A DNA stretch of 64,000 nt, taken from positions 15,289 through 79,288 of the forward strand of contig JBEKLP010000001.1 of assembly GCA_050010135.1 (NCBI GenBank). Direction: 5' to 3'. A model generated the notes under the pieces. The model had not been told where the DNA came from. It worked only from the letters and a program-made list of their open reading frames with translations, and did no database searches. Of the stretch, positions 38,934-47,276 are shown piece by piece. The stretch is from Anaerolineales bacterium. Lineage in GTDB: Bacteria > Chloroflexota > Anaerolineae > Anaerolineales > RBG-16-64-43. The stretch's first letter is position 1; each line of letters opens with the position of its first letter. Made by a program: the position numbers and the translations under genes.

Positions 38934-40546
38934 TTTATATACGCTACCTTTTCCTGGTCTTCCAGCGCCAACTTGCAGCGCAGGTCCAATAGGTCCATGT
39001 ACCGCCGCTTATCTTCGAAGGTCGCGTTATCCAACCCGCTTCGGACTTCCGAACAAAACGATTCTATCACTTCAATATTCTCATCGGGAAGGCCTACAGG
39101 AATCAGATAAGAGGATAATTCCGTTTGCTCTCGGATCATTTCCGCAAGTTCCCTTTCCAGCTCGGCCTTTCGATCGTTTAGCACCTCTTTGGGAAAATTG
39201 TCTTCAAGGTACAGGTCTAATAATTTCTCAAGCTGGTTCCGGGTTTTGGATATACGGATCTCCAGCAATGATTCTCGTTCTCGGATTACATTGTTTGCGG
39301 CTTCCATTTCAGCCTGCTTTCCGCGTAATCCCTGAGCCAGCTGGTCGGGGTGCAGCAGCAGGCTTCTTAACCATTCCCAAACTGCAGTTTCCAGCCTCTT
39401 TGCCTGGAATAAGGGCATATCGCATAAAGACACCGGCCTTTGACTTCTGCCGTGACAAAAATAATATTGATTCTTACCACTCCGAGTTCGTCCCTGGTAT
39501 GTGTACCCGCATTTTGCGCATCGTAATCTTCGGCCTAATAGATATTCATTTTTAGAACTTCTCTTGCTTTGCTCGAAATTTATCAGACGCCGGTCTTTAG
39601 CCTTGTCAAAGATATCATTACCAATAATTGCGGGAACCTCAACCGGAACCCATTCGGCTCGTGGTCGTTGAACCTGCTTTCCAAGACCTCGCTTCATTCC
39701 GGTTAGCCGCTTCTTTTTGTTCCCATCCATAACCATAACTGTCTTTCCATAGTGCCAGACTCCGGTATAAGTTTCATTCATTAATATATGTCTCACCATA
39801 GCAGCAGTCCATATTCCAAAACCTCTTTTCTTGGCAACATGTTTGACCTTATCGCCGCGGGTTGGTATACGCATTTTCGTCAGCCAAAGTGCGATTTTTT
39901 GAATAGAAAAAGGAACGGTCCTTCCTTCACCGTTCACATACCAATGGAATACCATACGTACAATCTCAGCTTCTTTTTCATCGATTACGAGCCAGGATTT
40001 ATGCGGTTCACTTCGAACGATATAGCCATACGGAGGTCTGGAACCACATAAGACATGGCCCGATTGAGCTTTTCCCCGTTTTCCCCTCTTACTCCGTTCC
40101 ATAATTTTTGCTTTTTCGTATTCCGCCACGCTGGCCTGGATTTGTTTCTGCAACCGCCCCTCTTCCGTATCAGCGTACTGTCCCATCACATATTCCACGC
40201 GGATACCGGCTTTTTCGAACTCCTCGTCGATTAGTAGTTGATAAACGCATTTACGCGCTAAGCGATCCACGCAATATACAATCACTATAGCAACCGGATG
40301 AGAAGCTACAAATTCACGGAGAATATTTAGACCGGGCCGGTCGATGCTCTCACCGGTATAGTCATCTGTAAACTCCTTAAGAACGCAATATCCTCGATCC
40401 GCAGCATATTTTATACACGCCTCGATTTGAGTCGGAATACTGTAACCTCGGCTCTGTTCATCTGTGGAGACTCGTGCATAAATAACAGCCGATTTAATAC
40501 GGGTATCGGAAGTTTGCAGTACATCTTTCTGGGCATCATCTATCAT
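38822..40546 (-). CDS. Large serine recombinase (resolvase catalytic domain + recombinase domain + zinc ribbon + coiled coil)
   Basis: AVIYARVSTDEQSRGYSIPTQ catalytic Ser motif, a CAKCGYTY...YYFCHGR zinc ribbon and a coiled-coil C-terminus. The last ~37 codons lie in GC-rich host DNA overlapping mvaD in another frame. Confidence 0.9.
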   Translation of the reverse strand: MIDDAQKDVLQTSDTRIKSAVIYARVSTDEQSRGYSIPTQIEACIKYAADRGYCVLKEFTDDYTGESIDRPGLNILREFVASHPVAIVIVYCVDRLARKCVYQLLIDEEFEKAGIRVEYVMGQYADTEEGRLQKQIQASVAEYEKAKIMERSKRGKRGKAQSGHVLCGSRPPYGYIVRSEPHKSWLVIDEKEAEIVRMVFHWYVNGEGRTVPFSIQKIALWLTKMRIPTRGDKVKHVAKKRGFGIWTAAMVRHILMNETYTGVWHYGKTVMVMDGNKKKRLTGMKRGLGKQVQRPRAEWVPVEVPAIIGNDIFDKAKDRRLINFEQSKRSSKNEYLLGRRLRCAKCGYTYQGRTRSGKNQYYFCHGRSQRPVSLCDMPLFQAKRLETAVWEWLRSLLLHPDQLAQGLRGKQAEMEAANNVIRERESLLEIRISKTRNQLEKLLDLYLEDNFPKEVLNDRKAELERELAEMIREQTELSSYLIPVGLPDENIEVIESFCSEVRSGLDNATFEDKRRYMDLLDLRCKLALEDQEKVAYIKCKLGAQRRSLVLTSPSSNIGGTGTTHCAFRPMVRSR

Positions 40547-40562
40547 CTAGCAACCTACCTCC

Positions 40563-40702
40563 AAAACAAAGCGGATCGCTTGCCATAAGTGCGACCAAGC
40601 GACCCGCTCCCGCGATCGGGCCAGCTTGCCGCCTGTTCGGCCTGCTGGACCGTCCATTCGGGTGTTCGTAGCAACCGAAAGAACGGCGATTATTCAATTA
40701 CT
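40563..40702 (-). ncRNA. Candidate structured leader/sRNA, copy A, ending in an intrinsic terminator just before the recombinase RBS
   Basis: Starts downstream of a TTGACA-N17-CATAAT promoter. Has a hairpin with a CUACGAA loop and a second hairpin presenting GAACAGG. A 12-bp terminator stem (GCGGGUCGCUUG / CAAGCGAUCCGC) plus UUUGUUUU lies at 40563-40607. Homologous to 45728-45875. Confidence 0.5.
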
Positions 40703-40708
40703 GGTAAT

Positions 40709-40737
40709 ATTATGTTACCTATTATTCCTTTTGTCAA
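40709..40737 (-). promoter_or_regulatory. Sigma70-like promoter with an imperfect palindrome over the -10
   Basis: Minus strand reads TTGACA (overlapping the HTH gene's TGA stop) - 17 nt - CATAAT. GGTAACAT/ATATTACC is an imperfect inverted repeat across the -10. Confidence 0.55.
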
Positions 40738-40940
40738 GCGCGCGGACCCCTGCGTGTATCGTTTGATTTTTCAGCAGCCTGCAGGTAAGCCTTCAGGCTG
40801 GAAATGCTGATCATCCAGTCCCGGACCCACTTTTGGGACTTGATCTTCTTTTGCCGGACAAGGCGCCTGATATATTGGGCGCTATAACCAGTCAATTCGG
40901 ATGCCTCGTTTACGGTTATCCAGTCTTCGGCCATGGGCAA
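40734..40940 (-). CDS. HTH_17 (excisionase/MerR-like) DNA-binding protein
   Basis: 68 aa. WITVNEASELTGYSAQYIRRLVRQKKI...RDWMISISSLKAYL is the typical excisionase-family HTH. Paralog of 45469..45684. Confidence 0.75.
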   Translation of the reverse strand: MPMAEDWITVNEASELTGYSAQYIRRLVRQKKIKSQKWVRDWMISISSLKAYLQAAEKSNDTRRGPRA

Positions 40941-40970
40941 GCCCTCGAGGCCGATTCTAGACCAAAACTG

Positions 40971-41249
40971 TCAAGATGCAATCGGTTTTTTTCCCCCATT
41001 TTCGATCAGGTCGCTTTCTTGCCTCCTGTCGGCCGGCTGGCTCTGGTTTTCGTCGCATTTGACTGCCTGATTTCGTGCGATCGCTAGACGATAGCATTGA
41101 GCAAGAATCACTGCGATCTCCTGATTTTCCTCAGGTTGAAAAAGCTCTGTCTCTTTATTCATTTCGGCTGTTTCCGATGGATTCTCGGATATCCATTTCC
41201 CGTCCGGGCTCAACTGGCACGGGATTTGCATGCTTTCCCTTAGGGTCAA
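40971..41249 (-). CDS. Hypothetical protein (92 aa)
   Basis: ORF co-directional with, and 30 nt upstream of, the HTH gene. No recognisable motif. Confidence 0.35.
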   Translation of the reverse strand: MTLRESMQIPCQLSPDGKWISENPSETAEMNKETELFQPEENQEIAVILAQCYRLAIARNQAVKCDENQSQPADRRQESDLIENGGKKPIAS

Positions 41250-41472
41250 TTATCGATTCCTTCGCTTCATCTTGAAGGGCGTCCCTTCTCGATGGTAATA
41301 CCCAGATAAGGATGAACTTGATTTTTCTTTCCTTGTCGACGGACTGCTTCTTCAAATTTTGTTGCCTCTCTCGAAATAGGCTCCTTCGGGAATCTTATTG
41401 ACCTCCAAAATATCACCATCTCTCCACCTCGAACCATCGAATTTCCACGAATGGAGGGGAATAATTGTGAAA

Positions 41473-44400
41473 ATGGAATCCATCAATAAAAAAGCCGGAT
41501 TGTCACAATTGCGAAGAAAGGTAAAAGCAATCGCTTTACTCAGCGATTCCAGCTATCTGGAAATTTGCGATGAAATTGGTGAAATATTAGGAAAATCTGG
41601 CGATATTATTCAGGATTGGCTGCAAGACTCAAGCAGTCATAAATTTAGCGCTTCAGAAATAAATAAATTTGTTAATTATTCAATGTCTCATTTACTGGAT
41701 TTGGATCGTAAATGGGCTGAATACATTTTTTCCTGTTTTTGTTTTTCATTTTCTTTATTTTCTCGGGATGTCTTTGAATTATGCAATCAGCGAGACGCAA
41801 TAAAATCGTTTATCTCCGTCCCCCGACATGCCAAAACCAGAATCCCGTTTTTTATAGAGCAGTTCTTATCGGGAATTCGCAATAATGCCCAGCAGTATGC
41901 AAATAACCAATTCAATCATCACGGCAAATCCGGTTTCTTTATTCATCACCGGCTTGAGTTAAATGCTGTAAATCGGAACAATAACGAAAAGAAAAATGTT
42001 CCGACTAGCATCCGGGCTGATGACCTATTGTTTACGGAAGGGGTATTTGCTATCGTCGGATCGCCAGGGAGCGGGAAGACAACTCTTTTTTGGCATTTAT
42101 GCGCGATATTGGCCAATAAGGACAGGCATGGACTCATTCCAATACCTATTGACTTGGAGGGTATTCCCCCATCGGTTGATGAGGTGGAGTTTTTGACTTT
42201 GGCTATTCGCCAAAACGTCCGGGATGTTCTGGCCCACGAAATCCAAATTTTTGCCAGGTATCTCGATAAATGTCTACGTGAAGGCACGGCAGTTCTCCTT
42301 GCGGATAATTGGTCTTCTGAATTCAAGGGCTTGCCGAATACGTTCAAGGGCTGGAAACGAATCCTGTTTTTTAGCAAATATGTACCCTTTCATCCGGACA
42401 ATCGGATCGTTTTCTACAAGCTTCCGGAATTGTCCGATTCGGATATCCGCCTCTTTATAAAAAGCTGGCTATTTTCATCGCGTCAATATGCGGATTCGGA
42501 ACTGCTCTTTTCCAATATATCCTCATCCCGCGAAGTAAATTCCTTGGCCCGGATTCCATTGTTTCTCAATCTGATATGCGCTTCTTTTTACACCAATTCC
42601 CGGTTTCTGATCGGCCGTTGGCAGCTAATCGATGCTTCCCTGGAGATTTTTCTTGGTAAGCATGGCTTGTCTGATCAAGAGGTCTTCGCGTATAGAAGAT
42701 TTCTTTCACGTCTGGCTCTTTCCGGATATTCGAAAAGAGATCCCAATACAGGGATAAGGCGGCAATTTACATATGCGGATATTGAAATGTTTTTATGGCC
42801 GACTGACAGGCATCAAATTGACCTCACTCCGAAGAAAATCGTCGAGCACGGTTTTCTGCGTCCCATCCATGGCGGCGCACTTTTTTCATTTCCCCATTCG
42901 GAAATTCAAGCGGCATTGGCCGCCGAAGCCCTGCTAAATGATCCTTTCTGGGATGCATGGATACCTTTTTACAAGGATATCCCGGCTTGGGGCGATGTCA
43001 TCGTATACGCAGTTGCTCAACTCGGGGCTCTAGGCGATTTAGAGAGATTGGTAAAGTTATTGGGATTAATTGAAAATTTCCAGGATAAGATCATCCCTGA
43101 ATGCCACTTACTCCTATTGTGCCGGTGTTTTGCTGAATTGGAAGAGTCGATTCGAAACAAACTCGAACGACGAGATATTGGAAGGACTTTTATAACCAGG
43201 ATAATGTCTTTTTTACATTCCCGATCGTCCACGTTTTTTTATGAAATATTCGATTTACTACCCCGGCTCATGACAACTGATTTGGAAACCGAATTGATAC
43301 GATTTTTCTCTCATTGGAATTGTAACGACCTTTCCAGATGTATGATTGTGCGAATTTTAGGTTATTCAAAGAGCTCCTTGGCGGTAAAGAGTCTCGGCGA
43401 ATTCGCTTTATATGAAAAGGAAGATCACGGCTTGCGAGCAGAAGCAATTCTAGCATTGGGAAAAACCCGCCATGCAGAGGCGATCCCCATCCTTAATCTC
43501 CTACTCCAAGACCAAAGCGTTTTCTCTTATGTCGTCACCGCATTAGTCAACCATAACTCGGTTGAATCCATGAGGTCATTGCTCTCCACAGAAAAAACGC
43601 TTTATTGGGATCCTTCGGCAATGTCTCTTTTCAACCCCGAGATCTTGTCTGTTCTGGAAGGAGCATTATGCGCCGGGGAGCAGCATCTTCTTTTTATTTT
43701 ACAGGCAATATCTTCTATCGGCACGGATGATTCGGTCCTTCTTCTTGAACGATTCCTATACAAGAAAGATACTTTTTCGCTTGCGGCGCGTTTGCTAAGG
43801 AACATAACACTCCCCGAAGCTAATGAAGTATTATTACGTTTTGCGGAAGACTACCGAACCTCCCGATACGACCGATTCACTGCGTTGGAAAACATCCCCT
43901 GCGATATCATCCCAGCAGATTCCCGACGGCTCCTTAACCTTCTGTTTCCAACAGATACCCCTGCCTTTTCGTGCGGCGCAATTGAAGCATTACGCAAAAA
44001 CAGCGATATCAATCTGCCCGATCTATTAATCGCTGAAATTGTGGAATCCTCCGAGCAAAAGAGAAGCACCCTATTGTCAATCATGATTTCCCAGAATCGT
44101 CCGGAGTACATCCCGGTTTATCGGCGGCTTTTCCAGGATCCCGACCCGTTCATCCGTTCCAAGGCAATATACGGGCTGGCAAAGACGGATAAATCCCTGG
44201 ACCCGGCCGTCGTCACTGACGAACTTCGATTCGCCCTGGAGAATAACCTCATTCCCGATTACCTTTGTCAAGCCGCCGGCGAATTACGAATAAAGGAATC
44301 CGTCCCCTTGTTGGCGAAATTATTCTTGCGTCGTTCCTGGGATGGGAATTGTTGCGAATTATCTGCGTTGCAGGACATCGGAGGGCCCGAATCGGCGAAG

Positions 44401-45285
44401 GTTTTACTCTCTGCAAAACACCTTTGGTGGAGCGGCGAGGATAGCATCTTCTATAATTCTGATTTAATTTTTCAAACCCTTGGTGAATTAGGTGAGCCGA
44501 TAGGCCTGCAAACGATTCTGGATTGCGGGAATAGTCAGTGCGCAATTAATAAAGAATTTTCCACCGGGATAATAAATACTTTAATGAGGGTCCATAATCC
44601 ATTCGCTGCTCCATTTCTGCTTGAGGCATTGGGCCATCCCAACCCCGAAGTCAGGCATAATTCCATCATTTCGCTTGCCCAAATGGGATATGAAAAAGCG
44701 ATCCCCAAAATCATCGCGCTCTTATCCGACGAGGTCGATTACGTGCGGGATATGGCCTACACCGCCATAACCCGCACGTATAAATCCTTTGAGAATCCGG
44801 ACGCTGTCGCCGCGCTGGAGGAATTGTTTCAATCCGCCGATGACCGGCTTTGGTACGCGGCCCTTATTGGATTAGGAAATGCTCGGCGCGACTTGATTCA
44901 CTTTTACACATTAGAGAGGATGCGTCAAATCATCAAGACCGAACCGCAAGATTTTCTGTTCCGGGAAACATTAGGCACATACGCAGAAAGCGGGGACAAT
45001 CATACTTTCCAATACATATGGGACATGCGAAGCAATGTTGGAAAATGTGTTGGTCTATCGATGGATTTTCAGAGAAGAGAAAGAGATCTATTCATGAGTC
45101 TGGGCCGGATCAGATTCCTACCCTTCCTTATTAACAAACTCCCAGAAACCCGTCCTTTATTGAAGAAAATATGCGAAGAATGTAACATCCGGGTGCTGGA
45201 GAACGGAACCGTCGTATTGCCGGAAGGCCAGGAGCTTTCCGCGGACAATGCCGTAAAATTCCTGTGGCATTATTCAAAGCAGTAG
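41473..45285 (+). CDS. STAND NTPase: HTH-like N-terminus + NACHT-type P-loop + long HEAT/PBS-lyase-type repeat array
   Basis: Walker A FAIVGSPGSGKTTLF and Walker B AVLLADNW. C-terminal HEAT units: DPFIRSKAIYGLAK, NPEVRHNSIISLAQMG, DYVRDMAYTAI. A GTG at 41467 (after GGAGGGG) is an alternative start. Confidence 0.8.
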   Translation: MESINKKAGLSQLRRKVKAIALLSDSSYLEICDEIGEILGKSGDIIQDWLQDSSSHKFSASEINKFVNYSMSHLLDLDRKWAEYIFSCFCFSFSLFSRDVFELCNQRDAIKSFISVPRHAKTRIPFFIEQFLSGIRNNAQQYANNQFNHHGKSGFFIHHRLELNAVNRNNNEKKNVPTSIRADDLLFTEGVFAIVGSPGSGKTTLFWHLCAILANKDRHGLIPIPIDLEGIPPSVDEVEFLTLAIRQNVRDVLAHEIQIFARYLDKCLREGTAVLLADNWSSEFKGLPNTFKGWKRILFFSKYVPFHPDNRIVFYKLPELSDSDIRLFIKSWLFSSRQYADSELLFSNISSSREVNSLARIPLFLNLICASFYTNSRFLIGRWQLIDASLEIFLGKHGLSDQEVFAYRRFLSRLALSGYSKRDPNTGIRRQFTYADIEMFLWPTDRHQIDLTPKKIVEHGFLRPIHGGALFSFPHSEIQAALAAEALLNDPFWDAWIPFYKDIPAWGDVIVYAVAQLGALGDLERLVKLLGLIENFQDKIIPECHLLLLCRCFAELEESIRNKLERRDIGRTFITRIMSFLHSRSSTFFYEIFDLLPRLMTTDLETELIRFFSHWNCNDLSRCMIVRILGYSKSSLAVKSLGEFALYEKEDHGLRAEAILALGKTRHAEAIPILNLLLQDQSVFSYVVTALVNHNSVESMRSLLSTEKTLYWDPSAMSLFNPEILSVLEGALCAGEQHLLFILQAISSIGTDDSVLLLERFLYKKDTFSLAARLLRNITLPEANEVLLRFAEDYRTSRYDRFTALENIPCDIIPADSRRLLNLLFPTDTPAFSCGAIEALRKNSDINLPDLLIAEIVESSEQKRSTLLSIMISQNRPEYIPVYRRLFQDPDPFIRSKAIYGLAKTDKSLDPAVVTDELRFALENNLIPDYLCQAAGELRIKESVPLLAKLFLRRSWDGNCCELSALQDIGGPESAKVLLSAKHLWWSGEDSIFYNSDLIFQTLGELGEPIGLQTILDCGNSQCAINKEFSTGIINTLMRVHNPFAAPFLLEALGHPNPEVRHNSIISLAQMGYEKAIPKIIALLSDEVDYVRDMAYTAITRTYKSFENPDAVAALEELFQSADDRLWYAALIGLGNARRDLIHFYTLERMRQIIKTEPQDFLFRETLGTYAESGDNHTFQYIWDMRSNVGKCVGLSMDFQRRERDLFMSLGRIRFLPFLINKLPETRPLLKKICEECNIRVLENGTVVLPEGQELSADNAVKFLWHYSKQ

Positions 45286-45372
45286 AATTGAATTCCTAAA
45301 CTATTTCCCCCCAATATATCGCAGTCACCGCGTTTATAAACAATACTTTTCCCGAATCGGTAGAATTTTGAC

Positions 45373-45395
45373 AATTCTCCCAATCTGGGAGAATT
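45373..45395. promoter_or_regulatory. Perfect 10-3-10 palindrome upstream of the second HTH_17 gene
   Basis: AATTCTCCCA-atc-TGGGAGAATT immediately after a TTGACA hexamer. A TTGGCT-N17-TATAGT promoter candidate follows closer to the ATG. Confidence 0.45.
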
Positions 45396-45468
45396 CTTAT
45401 ATTTGACAAAATTTCCATAAGCCCACCCGTTTGGCTAGTTCGGACCCTTAAGTTATAGTATTGCCAAG

Positions 45469-45684
45469 ATGGCTAAAAGGGTCGATCCTCAGGAATTGAT
45501 TACCATAACCGAAGCTGCTCGTCGCTTTGGATTAAGCCCTCAATATCTTCGTGATATTGCCCGGTCCGGCCGGCTAAGGGCCCGAAAAATGGGCCGCGAT
45601 TGGCTTACTACCCCCGCCGATGTGGAAATATATATTCAAAGCCGGCGGAAGAAAGGTGCTTTTCGCGAGGATCTGAAAAGATAA
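45469..45684 (+). CDS. HTH_17 (excisionase/MerR-like) DNA-binding protein
   Basis: 71 aa. LITITEAARRFGLSPQYLRDIARSGRLRARKMGRDWLTTPADVEIYI is collinear with the 40734..40940 product. Confidence 0.75.
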   Translation: MAKRVDPQELITITEAARRFGLSPQYLRDIARSGRLRARKMGRDWLTTPADVEIYIQSRRKKGAFREDLKR

Positions 45685-45692
45685 TCTCCCCC

Positions 45693-45721
45693 TTGACTAT
45701 ACAGCGTATACGCTGTATATT
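45693..45721 (+). promoter_or_regulatory. Sigma70-like promoter whose spacer is a perfect 22-bp palindrome (operator)
   Basis: TTGACT - 17 nt - TATATT. TATACAGCGTATACGCTGTATA (45698-45719) is its own reverse complement. Confidence 0.6.
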
Positions 45722-45727
45722 ATTTTA

Positions 45728-45875
45728 ATAATGGAATAGGCAAAGTAACGCCGTCCGCGGGTGCTACGAACACCAACGGACGGCTAACCCACAGAACTGA
45801 ACAGGCAGTCGTGCGGGCTGGTGTTTATTATAACGGCCGCTTCTGCCTTACGGTGGAAATGGCCGTTTTTCTTTG
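45728..45875 (+). ncRNA. Candidate structured leader/sRNA, copy B, ending in a terminator-like hairpin plus T-tract
   Basis: CGCCGTCCG...GGTG-CTACGAA-CACC...CGGACGGC nested hairpin, a GAACAGG-presenting second hairpin, then AACGGCC...GGCCGTTTTTCTTT. The core is homologous to copy A on the opposite strand. Confidence 0.5.
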
Positions 45876-45914
45876 CCTTTCTAGCGATACAGATAAATCG
45901 CAAGGGAGACGCGA

Positions 45915-46106
45915 ATGACTCGAGGTAAAAACTTGGTTTGTCCAAGAATCACAGTAACTCACTCATCAAAACCGAAATTTTCTTCGCAGGATGAATTATG
46001 GTCTGTCGCCGGGCCAATTTTGGCCAGAATTATGACCCAGGTGCTTGTTCGGGAAATACCCATCCGAAACAATCATATAAAGAACGATTCATCTAACAAT
46101 TCCTAA
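45915..46106 (+). CDS. Small hypothetical ORF (63 aa)
   Basis: ATG preceded by AAGGGAG. First ORF after leader B. No motif; weak support. Confidence 0.3.
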   Translation: MTRGKNLVCPRITVTHSSKPKFSSQDELWSVAGPILARIMTQVLVREIPIRNNHIKNDSSNNS

Positions 46107-46121
46107 TTTCCGGGAGGAGCA

Positions 46122-46613
46122 ATGACAAGTACTTCAAAGAACGATCCCAATGAATTTGATTATCTCAGATTGTTTGGTTTGAAAGGCATAACCTCGATCA
46201 ACGAATTACTACTCGCCGATTCAAAAGGGCTAAAGTCATCTCATGTTTCAACTTTCTGCAGAATAACAGGTCTTTCAATGGATGATATTGCCACAATAAT
46301 GGGGATTTCTCGTAAACAAGCGGATAACAAAATGCGAACAGGTGTATTTTCAGCCAAGGAGGCGGATATTTTGCTTAGTGTTGCACGTATTATCTGCGAA
46401 TTTTTCCGTGTTTATCCTGATAACCAAGATTTTTGGATGCTTTTCCTTCCAGACTCTGAAGAAACCAATGATATGCAATCTCTATATCTCTCCAAGACCG
46501 AGAACGGAAAAGGAAAAGCCCTTCTTCAAATACATATTGAGCGCGAAGATTATCTTAGAGTATTTTCTACTGATATTTCAACTCATAAGAAGGTCAATTC
46601 TAGTAAAGGTTGA
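46122..46613 (+). CDS. Xre-like HTH + DUF2384 (MbcA/ParS-type antitoxin-like) protein, copy 1
   Basis: 163 aa. ITGLSMDDIATIMGISRKQ (HTH) then SAKEADILLSVARIICEFFRVY...FWMLF...LYLSKTENGKGKALLQI, the pattern of the toxin-binding DUF2384 domain. Confidence 0.7.
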   Translation: MTSTSKNDPNEFDYLRLFGLKGITSINELLLADSKGLKSSHVSTFCRITGLSMDDIATIMGISRKQADNKMRTGVFSAKEADILLSVARIICEFFRVYPDNQDFWMLFLPDSEETNDMQSLYLSKTENGKGKALLQIHIEREDYLRVFSTDISTHKKVNSSKG

Positions 46614-46650
46614 TCTTTTTTCCGACAATTCTTAATTTCCAGGAGGAGCA

Positions 46651-47142
46651 ATGACAAGCGCTTCAAAGGCCGTTACTCATGAATTCGAATATCTCAAATT
46701 ATTTGGCGTGAAAGCCAGGAACTCCAAAAATGAATTACTAATCGCCGAAGTAAAAGGATTAAAGTCTACTCACATCTCGACCTTTCGCCGAATAACCGGT
46801 TTAACAGTAGATCATATTGCCATCCTATTGGATATTTCTCGAAGACAAATTAATTACAAGATGCGAAAGGGGATTTTTTCAGCCAAGGATGCGGATATTT
46901 TGCTCAATGTTGCCAAGATAATTTACGAATTCTTCTGCTTATATCCTGATATCCAAGATTTTTGGCTTCTCTTCCTTGCCGGCCGAGACGAATTTAGCGG
47001 AAAGTCAGCCTTGTATCTCTCAAAAACCGAGATTGGAAGGGGACGCGTTCTTGCACAAATTATTAAGGAACGTGATGATTATTTACAGGATATTTCAAAG
47101 GATAGTAAAACTCCTAAGAACGTCAAAGTTAAAAAGGAGTGA
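46651..47142 (+). CDS. Xre-like HTH + DUF2384 (MbcA/ParS-type antitoxin-like) protein, copy 2
   Basis: Also 163 aa and collinear with copy 1. The RBS region is duplicated too (aatttccRggaggagcaATGacaag); the repeat period is 529 bp. Confidence 0.7.
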   Translation: MTSASKAVTHEFEYLKLFGVKARNSKNELLIAEVKGLKSTHISTFRRITGLTVDHIAILLDISRRQINYKMRKGIFSAKDADILLNVAKIIYEFFCLYPDIQDFWLLFLAGRDEFSGKSALYLSKTEIGRGRVLAQIIKERDDYLQDISKDSKTPKNVKVKKE

Positions 47143-47163
47143 CCCCATTCACCAACCTTTGCA

Positions 47164-47207
47164 GCCCAAATTCGGTTCATGGGATCAAGCCTGATATATT
47201 TTTGGGC
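47164..47207 (-). repeat. Possible internally deleted attC remnant (distal end of the array)
   Basis: GCCCAAA ... TTTGGGC perfect 7-nt inverted ends 30 nt apart. The ends resemble the GCCCAAC/GTTGGGC family, but the centre is missing. Confidence 0.3.
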
Positions 47208-47276
47208 CGTTCCAGGTATAGATACAGTCGCAGATATCTCCCGTCGGGTGTACTATTCATTCTAAAGTGAGGCCAT

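Noticed and set aside
37660-39555. 631-aa plus-strand ORF, the longest unannotated ORF in this region
   Set aside because: It is entirely antisense to two well-supported minus-strand genes (mvaD and the serine recombinase). Its sequence is low-complexity and Arg/Ser/Pro-rich, and it spans the compositional junction. It is a shadow ORF.
40640-40690. T-arm-like hairpin (GGTG-TTCGTAG-CACC on one strand) in both leader copies, considered as a tRNA/tmRNA fragment marking an att site
   Set aside because: No cloverleaf, acceptor/CCA context or anticodon arm can be drawn. The loop departs from the T-loop consensus. Promoter orientation indicates the opposite strand is transcribed.
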